In this document: piece by piece, positions 34,924 to 43,784 of the stretch
Layout: every line of letters starts with the position of its first letter
Position numbering within the stretch: the first letter of the stretch is position 1
Origin: Candidatus Kaiserbacteria bacterium
GTDB taxonomy: Bacteria > Patescibacteriota > Minisyncoccia > Phycocordibacterales > UBA2100
Length of the DNA stretch: 64,000 nucleotides
Direction: 5' to 3'
Assembly: GCA_016432285.1 (NCBI GenBank)
Contig: CP066682.1
Span: 352,933-416,932, forward strand
Position numbers and translations under genes: made by a program
Notes under the pieces: generated by a model
Database searches by the model: none
Told to the model about the DNA's origin: nothing
The model's input: only the letters and a program-made list of their open reading frames with translations

Positions 34924-34953
34924 AACAGGTCGACTTCCAATAAAAAGATCTGG

Positions 34954-34959
34954 TATAGT
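34954..34959 (+). promoter_or_regulatory. extended -10 box TGgTATAGT upstream of tRNA-Phe
   Basis: atctggTATAGTacc, ~40 nt upstream of the tRNA. Confidence 0.4.
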
Positions 34960-34999
34960 ACCGCAATCGCCCGGAGAGGTTCGTTTCTGGGCGTCGCTT

Positions 35000-35073
35000 G
35001 CCCAGATAGCTCAGGTAGTAGAGCATTCCCCTGAAGAGGGAAGGGTCGTCAGTGCAAATCTGACTCTGGGCAC
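35000..35073 (+). tRNA. tRNA-Phe (anticodon GAA)
   Basis: Acceptor GCCCAGA/TCTGGGC, D-arm GCTCAGGTAGTAGAGC, anticodon loop CTGAAGA, T-arm GTCAGTGCAAATCTGAC, discriminator A. Confidence 0.85.
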
Positions 35074-35081
35074 CTCTTGGA

Positions 35082-35160
35082 AACCCACGGTTTTCCAACG
35101 CTCGCTTCGCGAGCTGTCTTCCTCCACGGGAAAACAATTGTTTTCCCGACCCCTTTCAAA
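35082..35160. repeat. copy B of the conserved structured element (hairpin cgggaaaac-aatt-gttttcccg at 35127-35148), 8 nt downstream of the tRNA-Phe 3' end
   Basis: Aligns with copy A (30466-30555). Flanks and hairpin stems are identical. The central segment holds a different palindrome (gctcgcttcgcgagc). Confidence 0.7.
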
Positions 35161-35296
35161 GCCCAGAAGAGCCGTGCCTGCGCACGGCTCGTGTCGGATT
35201 TGCAAGCCGGAGCCATGTCGCCTTGGCGACAGGCGAGGCCGGGCAGGAGCCACTTAACGAGCGCAGCGAGTTTAGTGAGCTGTCGCCAAATCTGAC

Positions 35297-35315
35297 TCTG
35301 GGCACACAAAAAAAT
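35297..35315. repeat. 19-bp perfect direct repeat caaatctgactctgggcac duplicating the tRNA-Phe 3' end (first copy 35055-35073)
   Basis: Exact 19/19 match 242 bp downstream. This is an att-like duplication bracketing element copy B. Confidence 0.7.
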
Positions 35316-35355
35316 CCGGCCTGTCAGTCGACAGGCCGGTGCACACTTCGTTTGT

Positions 35356-35775
35356 TCAGGCGGCATTTTGTTCGCGCCTCCGGGTTTCTGAGGATCGCGC
35401 TTTTCGACGCTCAGCCTCCTGCCGCGCGGCTTTTCCCGGCCACAAAATCCCCGCTCCCCGGTGTTCGCGGTTCAGGTACAGCGCCAGAACGGACATTCCG
35501 TACGAGTACCACCCGCAGAGGGTCAGCAGAATGAACATCACCTCGTTGGACGTTCCGTTCTTTAAGAAGTTGTGTGGATACTTGCGAACCGTGATCGCGT
35601 ACACAACTCCGGCTCCCGCGAATCCGGCCGGGAGCCAGGTGACCCCGATCACGCCGATGAGGATATACGAAAAGTTGGACCACGCTTCTGTCATGGGATT
35701 CCCCCGCGCTGAAAAACGTATGCGGATCAGCCCGCACCTAGTGGAGAAGCCTACGGATTTGGGGCGGAAGGTCAA
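35356..35775 (-). CDS. hypothetical membrane protein (3 TM helices), basic C-terminal tail
   Basis: A terminator (ccggcctgtc..gacaggccgg plus T7) sits immediately after its stop on the minus strand. The start may be the internal ATG (MTEAWSNF...). Confidence 0.4.
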   Translation of the reverse strand: MTFRPKSVGFSTRCGLIRIRFSARGNPMTEAWSNFSYILIGVIGVTWLPAGFAGAGVVYAITVRKYPHNFLKNGTSNEVMFILLTLCGWYSYGMSVLALYLNREHRGAGILWPGKAARQEAERRKARSSETRRREQNAA

Positions 35776-35776
35776 G

Positions 35777-36352
35777 CTACAGCCCCAGGGTAAACGTCAT
35801 TGGCTTTGCGCCCGCGACGAGCCACTTTGAGGTGTCGAGCTTGATCTCGCGTGTGGTTCCGAGATCCTTGTATTTCAAGCTGCCTTTCTGGAGTGCGTAG
35901 TCGAAGACCCGCTTCGTGAGCTCCACGTCTTTTTGGCAGTACATCTTCACTTTTTCCACCTCTCCCTGCTTCCACCATTTCAGCGACAGCGAGCCGTCGC
36001 CACTCTTGCCCTCGCCGAGCGTCCCGGCTGCCACCGAATCGAGCTTCAGCCGCCGCCCGAGCGATGAGTAGATCTCCTGCAAGAGGTCGAGGCTCTTGAT
36101 GCGTTTCAAATCCCCCGGGTAGTATTTATTGAGAAGCGGAATGTCAAAATAATCAGAATTGTAACCCACGAGCATGTCGGTACGCTCCAAAATGGGCCAG
36201 AGCTGCGGCAGCTCGTTCTCCAAAAAGCAGGAGTACTGATTCGTCTCCGAATCGTGAATCCCGACGACTGCAATCGTGAGGTCGGACGGATCTCCCGAGC
36301 CCGTCTCGCTCATCCAGTTCGCGGTCTCAATGTCAAAAACAACCGTTCGCAT
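35777..36352 (-). CDS. RNase H-like 3'-5' exonuclease (DnaQ/PolB-exo-like domain protein)
   Basis: Exo motif I (VVFDIETAN), motif II (LVGYNSDYFDIPLL) and motif III (YCQKDVELT). Confidence 0.65.
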   Translation of the reverse strand: MRTVVFDIETANWMSETGSGDPSDLTIAVVGIHDSETNQYSCFLENELPQLWPILERTDMLVGYNSDYFDIPLLNKYYPGDLKRIKSLDLLQEIYSSLGRRLKLDSVAAGTLGEGKSGDGSLSLKWWKQGEVEKVKMYCQKDVELTKRVFDYALQKGSLKYKDLGTTREIKLDTSKWLVAGAKPMTFTLGL

Positions 36353-36389
36353 CGGGGTAGTATATCGCGATACGCTCGCGGTCCAAAAA

Positions 36390-37667
36390 TCAGCCGAGCG
36401 AGGAGAAGAGGTGTTCGGCGATTCTGTCGGCGGGAAGCGTGATTTCGTTGCCGGTCGCGAGATTTTTCACGGTGTACCGGCCACTCTCGCGCTCCTTCGA
36501 GCCCACCGCAAGCACAAAGGGGATTTTCATTTTGTCGCCCTGCCGGATCTGATCGCCGATGCGCTTTCCCGAAAAGTTGAGCGCGACGGTTACGTCTTCG
36601 CGCCGCAAGTCCTGCGCGAGCTTCACCGCATGGCTCGTGGCGTCTTCGTCGACGATCGCGATCATAAGCTCGGTGGCGGGCGCGTAGGCGGGCATCAGGT
36701 TGTGGGTTTCCAAAAAGTCGCGTGCGGTTACATCGCCCATGGCAAAGCCGACCGCCGGTATCGATCCTCCTCCAAAGAGCGAGAGCAGGTTGTCGTATCT
36801 GCCGCCGCCAAACATTGAGCGGCGGTTGGATTCGTCGGTGTCGTACACTTCGAAGACCATGCCGGTGTAGTAGTCGAATCCGCGCGTGATCTTGGTGTCC
36901 ACGATCATGTTGTGCACGCCCATGTACTCGAGCTGACGCCGAAGCTCCTCGAGGTAGGCGGTCGACGTGGTGCGGTCGAGCTGATCGATGAGCGAGAGCG
37001 CCGTCTTGGCCCCGAGCACATCGGAAAGCGCTTTTTCAAAATTCTCGTGCTTGGCGCGCCGGTCGAGAAGCCGGGTCGTTTCGGCACGGAGCGAGGCGTC
37101 GATGCCGGTGGCGTCGTAGATCGTGTCGAGGATGCGGCGATCGGAGACGCGAATCTCGAAATCGCGCTCTTCTGCGCCGAGGCTGCGGAGGATGCCGTGC
37201 GCGATTGCGATCACCTCCGCATCTGCTTCCACGCTGTTTACCCCCACGATGTCGGCGTTGAGCTGCCAATGCTCGCGAAGGCGACCGCGCTGCGGACGCT
37301 CGTAGCGGAAGACGTTGGCAATCGTGTACCAGCGTGCCGGAAGCGGAATCTCGCGCGAGCGCGCCGCGACCATACGCGCGAAGGTCGGGGTCATCTCAGG
37401 ACGGAGTGTTACCTCCCGCTCGCCACGGTCCCGAAAGGTGTAGGTCTGCTCGTTGACGATTTCCTCCGAGGTTTTGCTGCGGTAGAGCTCCGACGGCTCT
37501 AAGACCGAGGCGTTGTATTCCTCGTAGCCGAACAGCTCGCACACGCGCTCCATGTGCTCGAAGATGTAGCGTTGCAGGAACTGATCTTCGGGGTAAAAGT
37601 CGCGCACGCCCTTGTAGCTTTCGGTCGAGAGCTTTTCTCGCTTGGTCATTCCCCGTATTATACTCAC
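36390..37667 (-). CDS. hisS: histidine--tRNA ligase
   Basis: Class II aaRS motifs and the HisRS N-terminus (YKGVRDFYPEDQFLQRYIFEHM..). Length 425 aa. A C-terminal anticodon-binding domain is present. Confidence 0.9.
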   Translation of the reverse strand: MSIIRGMTKREKLSTESYKGVRDFYPEDQFLQRYIFEHMERVCELFGYEEYNASVLEPSELYRSKTSEEIVNEQTYTFRDRGEREVTLRPEMTPTFARMVAARSREIPLPARWYTIANVFRYERPQRGRLREHWQLNADIVGVNSVEADAEVIAIAHGILRSLGAEERDFEIRVSDRRILDTIYDATGIDASLRAETTRLLDRRAKHENFEKALSDVLGAKTALSLIDQLDRTTSTAYLEELRRQLEYMGVHNMIVDTKITRGFDYYTGMVFEVYDTDESNRRSMFGGGRYDNLLSLFGGGSIPAVGFAMGDVTARDFLETHNLMPAYAPATELMIAIVDEDATSHAVKLAQDLRREDVTVALNFSGKRIGDQIRQGDKMKIPFVLAVGSKERESGRYTVKNLATGNEITLPADRIAEHLFSSLG

Positions 37668-37672
37668 GCGCC

Positions 37673-38071
37673 ATGGAAACGACAGCCAACCTCGGGATAG
37701 TGAGAAAATCGCGCGCCGGATTAGGGCACGGCTTTTTTGCCACGCGGAAGATCGAAAGAGGCGAGTGCGTCGCCGAATACACGGGGAAGCGCATAGCTAC
37801 GACGTACGCGGATACCCTCAAGAGCCGCTACCTTTTTGAAATCGACGAGTCGTGGACGATCGACGGCTCCGGGCGCGAGAATGTCGCGCGCTACATCAAT
37901 CACTCCTGCGAGCCGAATGCGGAAGCGGAAATACACGACGGCCGCATCTACATCCTCGCGACGCGAACGATCCGCAAAGGCGAGGAAATCACAATCGACT
38001 ACGGAGACGAGTACTACGACGAGTTCATCCGCCCCGTCGGCTGCAAGTGCGCGGCGCAAAAGCACCGCTAA
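37673..38071 (+). CDS. SET-domain protein (putative protein-lysine methyltransferase)
   Basis: 132 aa. The NHSCEPN...GEEITIDYG SET signature plus a C-terminal Cys cluster (post-SET-like CKCAAQKH). Confidence 0.8.
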   Translation: METTANLGIVRKSRAGLGHGFFATRKIERGECVAEYTGKRIATTYADTLKSRYLFEIDESWTIDGSGRENVARYINHSCEPNAEAEIHDGRIYILATRTIRKGEEITIDYGDEYYDEFIRPVGCKCAAQKHR

Positions 38072-38557
38072 CTAGGCGCTGCCGATCAAGATCCCAGCCA
38101 AAAAGACGAGCGCGCCGCCAAAGACTACTTGCGCGACCGAAAACCAGAAGCCCGCTTTGAAATAACGGTAACGAATGTAGCCGATCGAGAGGAGCTCGAT
38201 CCCGACGACGACGTAGGCGACGTAGAGGGCGATTGAAAAATCAGAGATGAGAAAGGGGAGCGTGTGAAAAACGCCTCCCACGAACGTAGTGCCGCCGACG
38301 ATAGCGCCGCGCACAAAGGGGTGCCCGCGGCCCGTGTGGTGGCCTGGGTCCGAGAGCGCTTCGGCGAACGCCATGCTGATCGCCGCGCCGACGGCGGCGG
38401 CGGAGCCGACGAGAAACGCGACGTGCGGGCTCCCGCTCGCGAAGGCGGCCGCAAAGAGCGGGGCGAGCGTAGAGACCGAGCCGTCGATGAGGCCAATGAG
38501 AGCCGGCTGGACCACCTGGAGGAGAAATTCTTTGTCGATGTGTTCCTCTTGAGACAC
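38072..38557 (-). CDS. VIT1/CCC1-family (DUF125) Fe/Mn transporter; start assigned to GTG (alternative TTG 9 nt upstream)
   Basis: The N-terminal EEHIDKEFLLQ..IDGSVSTLAPLFA and 5-TM topology are typical of the VIT family. The first ATG in the ORF-track entry (38707) would add an Arg/Pro-rich extension antisense to the next gene. Confidence 0.65.
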   Translation of the reverse strand: MSQEEHIDKEFLLQVVQPALIGLIDGSVSTLAPLFAAAFASGSPHVAFLVGSAAAVGAAISMAFAEALSDPGHHTGRGHPFVRGAIVGGTTFVGGVFHTLPFLISDFSIALYVAYVVVGIELLSIGYIRYRYFKAGFWFSVAQVVFGGALVFLAGILIGSA

Positions 38558-38564
38558 TCGCGCA

Positions 38565-38966
38565 TTGTACGCTATACTCAACTCGATGAAAAAAGGCACC
38601 CTGATCTTCTCGCTCGCGGTGCTCGCTCTGCTCGTGGCGGGGATCGGCGTGGCGTTTACCGTGCGGGCGCGACCGGGGGATCTCGATTCGTTTGCCACCT
38701 GCCTCAAGGATCGGGGCGCGGTATTCTACGGCGCCTTCTGGTGCCCGCACTGCAAGCGCACGAAGGATCTCTTTGGCGCTTCCGCCAAGCTGCTCCCGTA
38801 CGTGGAGTGCTCCACGCCCGACGGACAAACGCAGCTCGATGCCTGCAAAGAAAAGGGGATTGACCAGTACCCCACATGGATTTTTGCCGATGGATCGCGG
38901 CTTACCGGCGAGCGCACGTTAGAGGAACTTTCCGAAAAAACCTCCTGCGCGCTCCCGCAGTCGTGA
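38565..38966 (+). CDS. membrane-anchored thioredoxin-fold protein (CPHC active site), candidate extracytoplasmic partner of DsbB
   Basis: Signal-anchor, then AFWCPHCKRTK.. Trx fold. It is immediately upstream of a DsbB homolog. A TATACT box lies 7 nt before the ATG. Confidence 0.7.
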   Translation: MYAILNSMKKGTLIFSLAVLALLVAGIGVAFTVRARPGDLDSFATCLKDRGAVFYGAFWCPHCKRTKDLFGASAKLLPYVECSTPDGQTQLDACKEKGIDQYPTWIFADGSRLTGERTLEELSEKTSCALPQS

Positions 38967-38973
38967 TTTTTTC

Positions 38974-39510
38974 ATGCTCGAAACGGTCAACTACATCCTT
39001 GGCCTCAAAGTGATCGCACTTCAGATCGTTACGCTTGCGCTACTCGGGCTCTACCTGCTGAAGGATCGCTTTCCGGATCTGCGTGAGGCCGCGGGCTTCG
39101 TAGGACGATGGGGTCTGTGGGTCGGCTTTTTCACGGCGCTTGGTGCGAGCGCGGTATCGCTCGTGCACTCCACAATCTTCAACCTTCCGCCGTGTCCTTT
39201 GTGCTGGTGGCAGCGTATCTTCCTGTATCCGCAGGTCTTCCTGTTTGCGCTCGCGCTGTGGAAGCGGGATCGTGGTATTGCGGATTATTCGATCCTCCTT
39301 TCCGTCCTTGGCCTCGGGTTTGCCCTCTACCACCACGCGCTTCAGATGTTTCCCTCGAGCTTCGCGCCGTGCTCCGCCGAGGGCGTAAGCTGCGTGCAGA
39401 TTCTCTATCTTGAGTTCGGCTACATCACGTACCCCCTCATGGCGGCGAGCGCCTTCGCTTTCTTAATCGTCCTCATGCTCTTTGTACGCACGCGAGTCGT
39501 GCAATTCTAA
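38974..39510 (+). CDS. dsbB: disulfide bond formation protein DsbB (BdbC type)
   Basis: 4 TM. First periplasmic loop CPLCWWQR, second loop Cys pair (CSAEGVSC), as in Bacillus BdbC/DsbB. Confidence 0.8.
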   Translation: MLETVNYILGLKVIALQIVTLALLGLYLLKDRFPDLREAAGFVGRWGLWVGFFTALGASAVSLVHSTIFNLPPCPLCWWQRIFLYPQVFLFALALWKRDRGIADYSILLSVLGLGFALYHHALQMFPSSFAPCSAEGVSCVQILYLEFGYITYPLMAASAFAFLIVLMLFVRTRVVQF

Positions 39511-39517
39511 AATCCCA

Positions 39518-40543
39518 TCACAGCAACGGCTCGCGGCCGCGTCGCTTCAGCAGGAGTCCTTCGAGCGAGTAGCGGTCGTACCCGTGACAGAAGATCGCAA
39601 GTCCGAGACCGATGAGAATGAGGTGTGGCCACACGGCCTCTTGGAAGTAGAGGAGGCTCAGCGTGAGCCAAAAGAGGAGAAAGAGCGACGTCCAGCGCAC
39701 CGCGATCCCGAGTAAGAGCATGAGCCCTGCCAAGAATTCGATGATGAGTGCGCCGAGCACCACGAAGAGCGGGTCGAAGGGAAAGTAGCGGGTGAGATCG
39801 TTCTCGATCACTACATCGAGCGCGAGCTGGCTGTGGATGTATTTCGCGTAGACCGCGGCAAACATGATCCCGAAACCGAAGAGGATGCGCATCAGCGGGA
39901 ACGCAAAGCGTGAGAGTCTCGAAAACGCGAGGAGTGCGCGAGGGCGGTCGCGAATCGATTGATCGACCGACCACACGCCGCCGCCGAGAATCAGGAGGAG
40001 GAGCGCGCCTCCTAAGTGATCCGTGTACGTCAGAAGGTACGAGCCGTGCACGAATGCGGCGTACAGATAGATCAGCACGGCACAGAGCGCGGCGAGGCGC
40101 GTGTACGCGCCGAGCGTCAGAAACGCGCCGAGCGCGATGAGGAAAATCTGGGCCGCATTCTGAAAAGATCCGAAGAGATCCTGAAGTGGCATCTCCGGTC
40201 CGTAGAGCGAACCCATAATGCCGAAGGAGATGAAGCAGAGCCCGATCGTAACGCGGGCGAGGGGAAGAGCGAAGCGCTTCAATTTGAAGAAGAGCGGGTC
40301 GAGCGTCCTTTCAAATATGCCGAATATACTCGCGGCGATGATCGTTGAGAGGACGACGGCTGATACAAAGCCCCAGAAGAAGAATTGGTATTCGTTGCCG
40401 AAGTACGCGAGAAAGGGATTCGGGGAGCTCGTTGCCATTCCCGCGGCCACGCTTGCTGGATCGAGTACGTACACCTCGTGCGCAAAGACGCTACCCGGAA
40501 TCACGAGCACGGACGCGAGCAGTGTGAGGAGTAGCCTACCCAT
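39518..40543 (-). CDS. DoxX-family membrane protein (duplicated DoxX-like module, N-terminal signal peptide)
   Basis: 341 aa, about 8 TM helices with a DoxX-like pattern. It overlaps the upstream FAD-oxidase gene by 8 nt (operon). Confidence 0.55.
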   Translation of the reverse strand: MGRLLLTLLASVLVIPGSVFAHEVYVLDPASVAAGMATSSPNPFLAYFGNEYQFFFWGFVSAVVLSTIIAASIFGIFERTLDPLFFKLKRFALPLARVTIGLCFISFGIMGSLYGPEMPLQDLFGSFQNAAQIFLIALGAFLTLGAYTRLAALCAVLIYLYAAFVHGSYLLTYTDHLGGALLLLILGGGVWSVDQSIRDRPRALLAFSRLSRFAFPLMRILFGFGIMFAAVYAKYIHSQLALDVVIENDLTRYFPFDPLFVVLGALIIEFLAGLMLLLGIAVRWTSLFLLFWLTLSLLYFQEAVWPHLILIGLGLAIFCHGYDRYSLEGLLLKRRGREPLL

Positions 40544-42185
40544 GGCGGATCATGTCGCGCTCGATATCTGCAAGCGTACCACCAACTTTTTTTCCGGGGT
40601 TCAGAATGCCCGCCGGATCGAATATGCGCTTCACCTTCGCGAAAAGATCGCACATCTTCTCTCCAAACATGATCGGCAGGTAGGGCGTGCGCACGATTCC
40701 GTCGTTGTGCTCGCCCGTGATCGATCCGTGGTATTTCGCGACGAGCCGGTACACACGATCGTCGAGCTCCATGATCGTCTGCCGCGACTTCGGCTCCCCG
40801 AGATTCATCAGGGGGATGATGTGAAAATCCGCGTCGCCGATGTGCCCCGCGATCGTGTAGATCAGATCGTACTCACCGAGGAGCTCCTGTAGTTCCGGCA
40901 GGAAGGCGGGATAGTCGGCAGGATGCACGACGATGTCGTCGATAAAAGGTGCCGCGTGGAGGCCCCGGAGGTTTTTCCGCAGCAGCGAGAAGCTTTCGCG
41001 GCGGATTGTCCAGTACTTTGCGGCAGCGGTCTCGCTCCCCGCTACCGTGGCCTTCACCGGGATCCCGTGGAGCGAGTCGGCCGCGCGGTGCGCTTTTTTT
41101 CGCGCCTCTGCGAGCGAATCTTCCGCAAACTCCGCAAGCAAGACCAGCTTCGGCACGCCGCCCGTGAGGGCCATCCAGGTTTCTGGAATGAACGAAAAGC
41201 CCAGTTTGACCATCTGCAAGAAACCGAAGTGCCTGATGATCTGCGGCATGAAGCGCACCGCGAGCCGGAAGGTCTGATCGTCGTAGCTCTCGAAGGATTC
41301 GGGAGAAAGCGCGAGCACGCGGCGCACGATTTCGGGCAGCGTGTTGAGATCCGAGAGAAAGATCACGAGCATGGATTTTTCGGGCTTCAGCTTCACGAGG
41401 CCGATCTTTGCTTTAGTCACGATCCCAAGTGTTCCTTGGGAGCCCGTGATCAGCTGCGTGATGTCGAATGTGTCGTGCTCGCGATCCCACACTTCCCAAA
41501 GCGCGTAGCCAGCCGAGTTTTTGGAAACGCTTGGCCGCGCTTTTTCGATTTCGTCGATATGCTCCTCGATAAGCGCGCGGACCTCGCGGTATACGGCCCC
41601 TTCGAAATCGTGTTGCGACTCCTTCTGCTCCCACTCCGGCCTCGTGAGAGGCCGCATAATCACTTTCGATCCGTCGGAGAGGATCACGTCGAGCGCGCGG
41701 ACATACTTTCTCGTCTGTCCGTACTTCAACGTGAGCTCGCCGCCGGAGTTGTTGCCGATCATGCCGCCAAGGGCGCAGATCTCGCGCGAAGCGGGGTACG
41801 AGGGGATCAGCGCGCCCGCCTTCGAAAGTGTGATCTTCTCGAAATCGCGGTAGTACACGCCCGGCTCCGCGATTGCATAGTCGGTGCCTACGTCTTCGAT
41901 CGTTTGCATGTATTTTGTGAACACGAGTGATATTGAGCTGGTGAGCGGCCCACCCGTCATGTCGGTGCCGGCGGAGCGCGGTGCGATGCTGATGTCTTCA
42001 CCCTTTTCTTTTGCCTCGCGTACGAAACGAACGACCGCGGCCACGTCATCGGCATCTTTCGGAAAGACCACGACGCTCGGGCGCCTCTCGAAAATGCTTG
42101 TGTCGTGGCTGTAGAGAGCGCGCGTGTTATCGTCGTCGGCGACATCGCCTTTGAGGAGGGGAGCGAGCCGCTCGCGCAGTGTCAT
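40536..42185 (-). CDS. FAD-linked oxidase (GlcD/D-lactate dehydrogenase-like, FAD_binding_4 + FAD-oxidase_C)
   Basis: FAD_binding_4 motifs (PRSAGTDMTGG..., ALGGMIGNNSGG) and a C-terminal oxidase domain. Length 549 aa. Confidence 0.8.
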   Translation of the reverse strand: MTLRERLAPLLKGDVADDDNTRALYSHDTSIFERRPSVVVFPKDADDVAAVVRFVREAKEKGEDISIAPRSAGTDMTGGPLTSSISLVFTKYMQTIEDVGTDYAIAEPGVYYRDFEKITLSKAGALIPSYPASREICALGGMIGNNSGGELTLKYGQTRKYVRALDVILSDGSKVIMRPLTRPEWEQKESQHDFEGAVYREVRALIEEHIDEIEKARPSVSKNSAGYALWEVWDREHDTFDITQLITGSQGTLGIVTKAKIGLVKLKPEKSMLVIFLSDLNTLPEIVRRVLALSPESFESYDDQTFRLAVRFMPQIIRHFGFLQMVKLGFSFIPETWMALTGGVPKLVLLAEFAEDSLAEARKKAHRAADSLHGIPVKATVAGSETAAAKYWTIRRESFSLLRKNLRGLHAAPFIDDIVVHPADYPAFLPELQELLGEYDLIYTIAGHIGDADFHIIPLMNLGEPKSRQTIMELDDRVYRLVAKYHGSITGEHNDGIVRTPYLPIMFGEKMCDLFAKVKRIFDPAGILNPGKKVGGTLADIERDMIRHG

Positions 42186-42205
42186 CGTATGAAGTATAGC
42201 AATGA

Positions 42206-42236
42206 AAAAACGGCAGACCGGAGCCTGCCGCTTTTT
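42206..42236. terminator. bidirectional rho-independent terminator (A6-cggcagACCGGAGCctgccg-T6)
   Basis: Perfect 6-bp stem flanked by an A-run and a T-run. It separates the small minus-strand gene from the FAD-oxidase gene. Confidence 0.55.
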
Positions 42237-42251
42237 TGGTGGTTCGCGAGA

Positions 42252-42461
42252 TTACTTCGCGAACCGATAGCTCAGCGCGCCTGCCGGAAAGTCTTTCGGC
42301 AAGGCACCGCGCTTGATCATCGCGTCGCAACGCGTCGCCACTTCGGGTTCGCCCATGCTACCCGTCGGAAAGATCGCCCCAGTCCTATTCGGAGTATCCG
42401 CCTCCGATTCAACCGCGTACGGGATGAGGGGAGGAACTTTCGTTGTTTTGCCACGTGCCAT
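42252..42461 (-). CDS. small (69 aa) hypothetical protein
   Basis: An SD-like AGAGGA lies 7 nt upstream of the ATG (MARGKTTKVPP...). It ends 15 nt before the bidirectional terminator. The longer ORF-track version overlaps the XRE gene. Confidence 0.35.
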   Translation of the reverse strand: MARGKTTKVPPLIPYAVESEADTPNRTGAIFPTGSMGEPEVATRCDAMIKRGALPKDFPAGALSYRFAK

Positions 42462-42583
42462 CGCACATCCTCTCATTTCGAGCGCCATGCTCGGTTTGCG
42501 AATGTTGCCAGACTTGTAACGATAGTCAACTGATAAAGTAAAGTTCACTTGACCGGCGCCTGCGCCGTAGGCAAGATAGGCAA

Positions 42584-42790
42584 ATGCAGGAGCGCGTTGC
42601 AAATACCGTACAGTCCGCACGGATGAAGGCTGCCATCACGCAGGAGGAGCTGGCCGCCGCGGTCGGCGTCAGTCGTCAGACGATTATCGCCATCGAGAAG
42701 GGTAACTATGCTCCTTCGATCCTGTTGGCGCTCCGGCTCGCGCGCTACTTCAAGACGCCCGTCGAAAAATTATTCGCTATCGAATCGTAG
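42584..42790 (+). CDS. XRE-family helix-turn-helix transcriptional regulator (Cro/C1 type)
   Basis: [39 protein letters not shown] is a classic HTH_3. Length 68 aa. Confidence 0.85.
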   Translation: MQERVANTVQSARMKAAITQEELAAAVGVSRQTIIAIEKGNYAPSILLALRLARYFKTPVEKLFAIES

Positions 42791-42791
42791 T

Positions 42792-43142
42792 ATGAAGGAA
42801 ATCCTCGCATCGCTCGCTCTCATCGTGCTCCTCGTGTTCATTCTCAACCCGTTCCACTTTTGGATGCCGATGCCGATACAGATTGCAGTCCTGGGAGGTC
42901 TTGCGGCGGCGTTCGGGGCGATTGCGGTCTTCGCGTTGCGAGAGCGGGCGGCTGACGAGCGGGAGGCGGCCCACCGCAGCTTCGCAGGGAGAATCGCATA
43001 TCTTTCTGGAGCCGCGGTGCTGCTCGCGGGTATCACACTCCAGAGTCTCGACCATAGTATCGATCCGTGGCTCGTGGGCGCCCTCGCCTTCATGGTGGTC
43101 GCAAAGACGGCTGCACGCATATACAGCGACCTCTACAGTTGA
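42792..43142 (+). CDS. small (116 aa) membrane protein, 3 TM, cotranscribed with the XRE regulator
   Basis: The ATG lies 2 nt after the XRE stop. The protein is hydrophobic throughout. The longer ORF-track version was trimmed. Confidence 0.55.
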   Translation: MKEILASLALIVLLVFILNPFHFWMPMPIQIAVLGGLAAAFGAIAVFALRERAADEREAAHRSFAGRIAYLSGAAVLLAGITLQSLDHSIDPWLVGALAFMVVAKTAARIYSDLYS

Positions 43143-43227
43143 GATTGTCCACAGGCGGATGTAAAGTCAATTTGACATTCACCGGACGCTTTTTATACTG
43201 ACCTTTATTAGTCTTTAGCGCGATACT

Positions 43228-43782
43228 ATGGCGACACAAAAAATATTCGTGTGGATAGCGGGTGTGATTATCATCCTCGGCGGCGGCTACTTCCTCTTCT
43301 GGGGCAGCGCACCGAAATCGGATGACTCGATGATGAAAGGGGAGACGATGGAGCAGAAAGATGCGATGCAGGCTGGGGGACAGACGATGCAGAAAGATGA
43401 AATGATGCAGAAGGAAGACGGCGCGATGATGGAAGGAGATACAATGATGGAAGGCGACGCCATGATGCAAAAGAGCGGCTCGTATGAGGCGTATGCTCCC
43501 GAAAAGCTGGCGAGGGCCGAAAGCGGCGACGTCGTACTTTTTTTCCGGGCGTCGTGGTGCCCCACCTGTAAGGCGGTCGACACCGATATTCGCGCGAATC
43601 TCGGTTCGATCCCGGCTGGGCTCACGATCCTCGACATCGACTACGATAACTCCGCGGCGCTGAAGCAAAAGTACGGCATCACCTACCAGCACACTTTCGT
43701 GCAGGTGGATTCTAAGGGTACTCTGATCAAGAAGTGGAGCGGTTCCCCGACGCTCGCCGCGCTCGCGCGGGAGGTGCAATAA
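43228..43782 (+). CDS. membrane-anchored thioredoxin-like protein (WCPTC) with a ~50-aa Met-rich linker
   Basis: N-terminal TM. The linker MMKGETMEQKDAMQAGGQTMQKDEMMQKEDGAMMEGDTMMEGDAMMQK contains 14 Met. A Trx fold with a CxxC follows. Confidence 0.7.
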   Translation: MATQKIFVWIAGVIIILGGGYFLFWGSAPKSDDSMMKGETMEQKDAMQAGGQTMQKDEMMQKEDGAMMEGDTMMEGDAMMQKSGSYEAYAPEKLARAESGDVVLFFRASWCPTCKAVDTDIRANLGSIPAGLTILDIDYDNSAALKQKYGITYQHTFVQVDSKGTLIKKWSGSPTLAALAREVQ

Positions 43783-43784
43783 GC

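Noticed and set aside
38125-38863. ORFs 38125..38565(-), 38241..38828(-), 38264..38863(+) and 38289..38552(+) overlapping the VIT and Trx genes
   Set aside because: Overlapping frames with low-complexity Arg/Ser/Ala translations. The VIT-family and thioredoxin-fold frames are the ones with recognisable domains.
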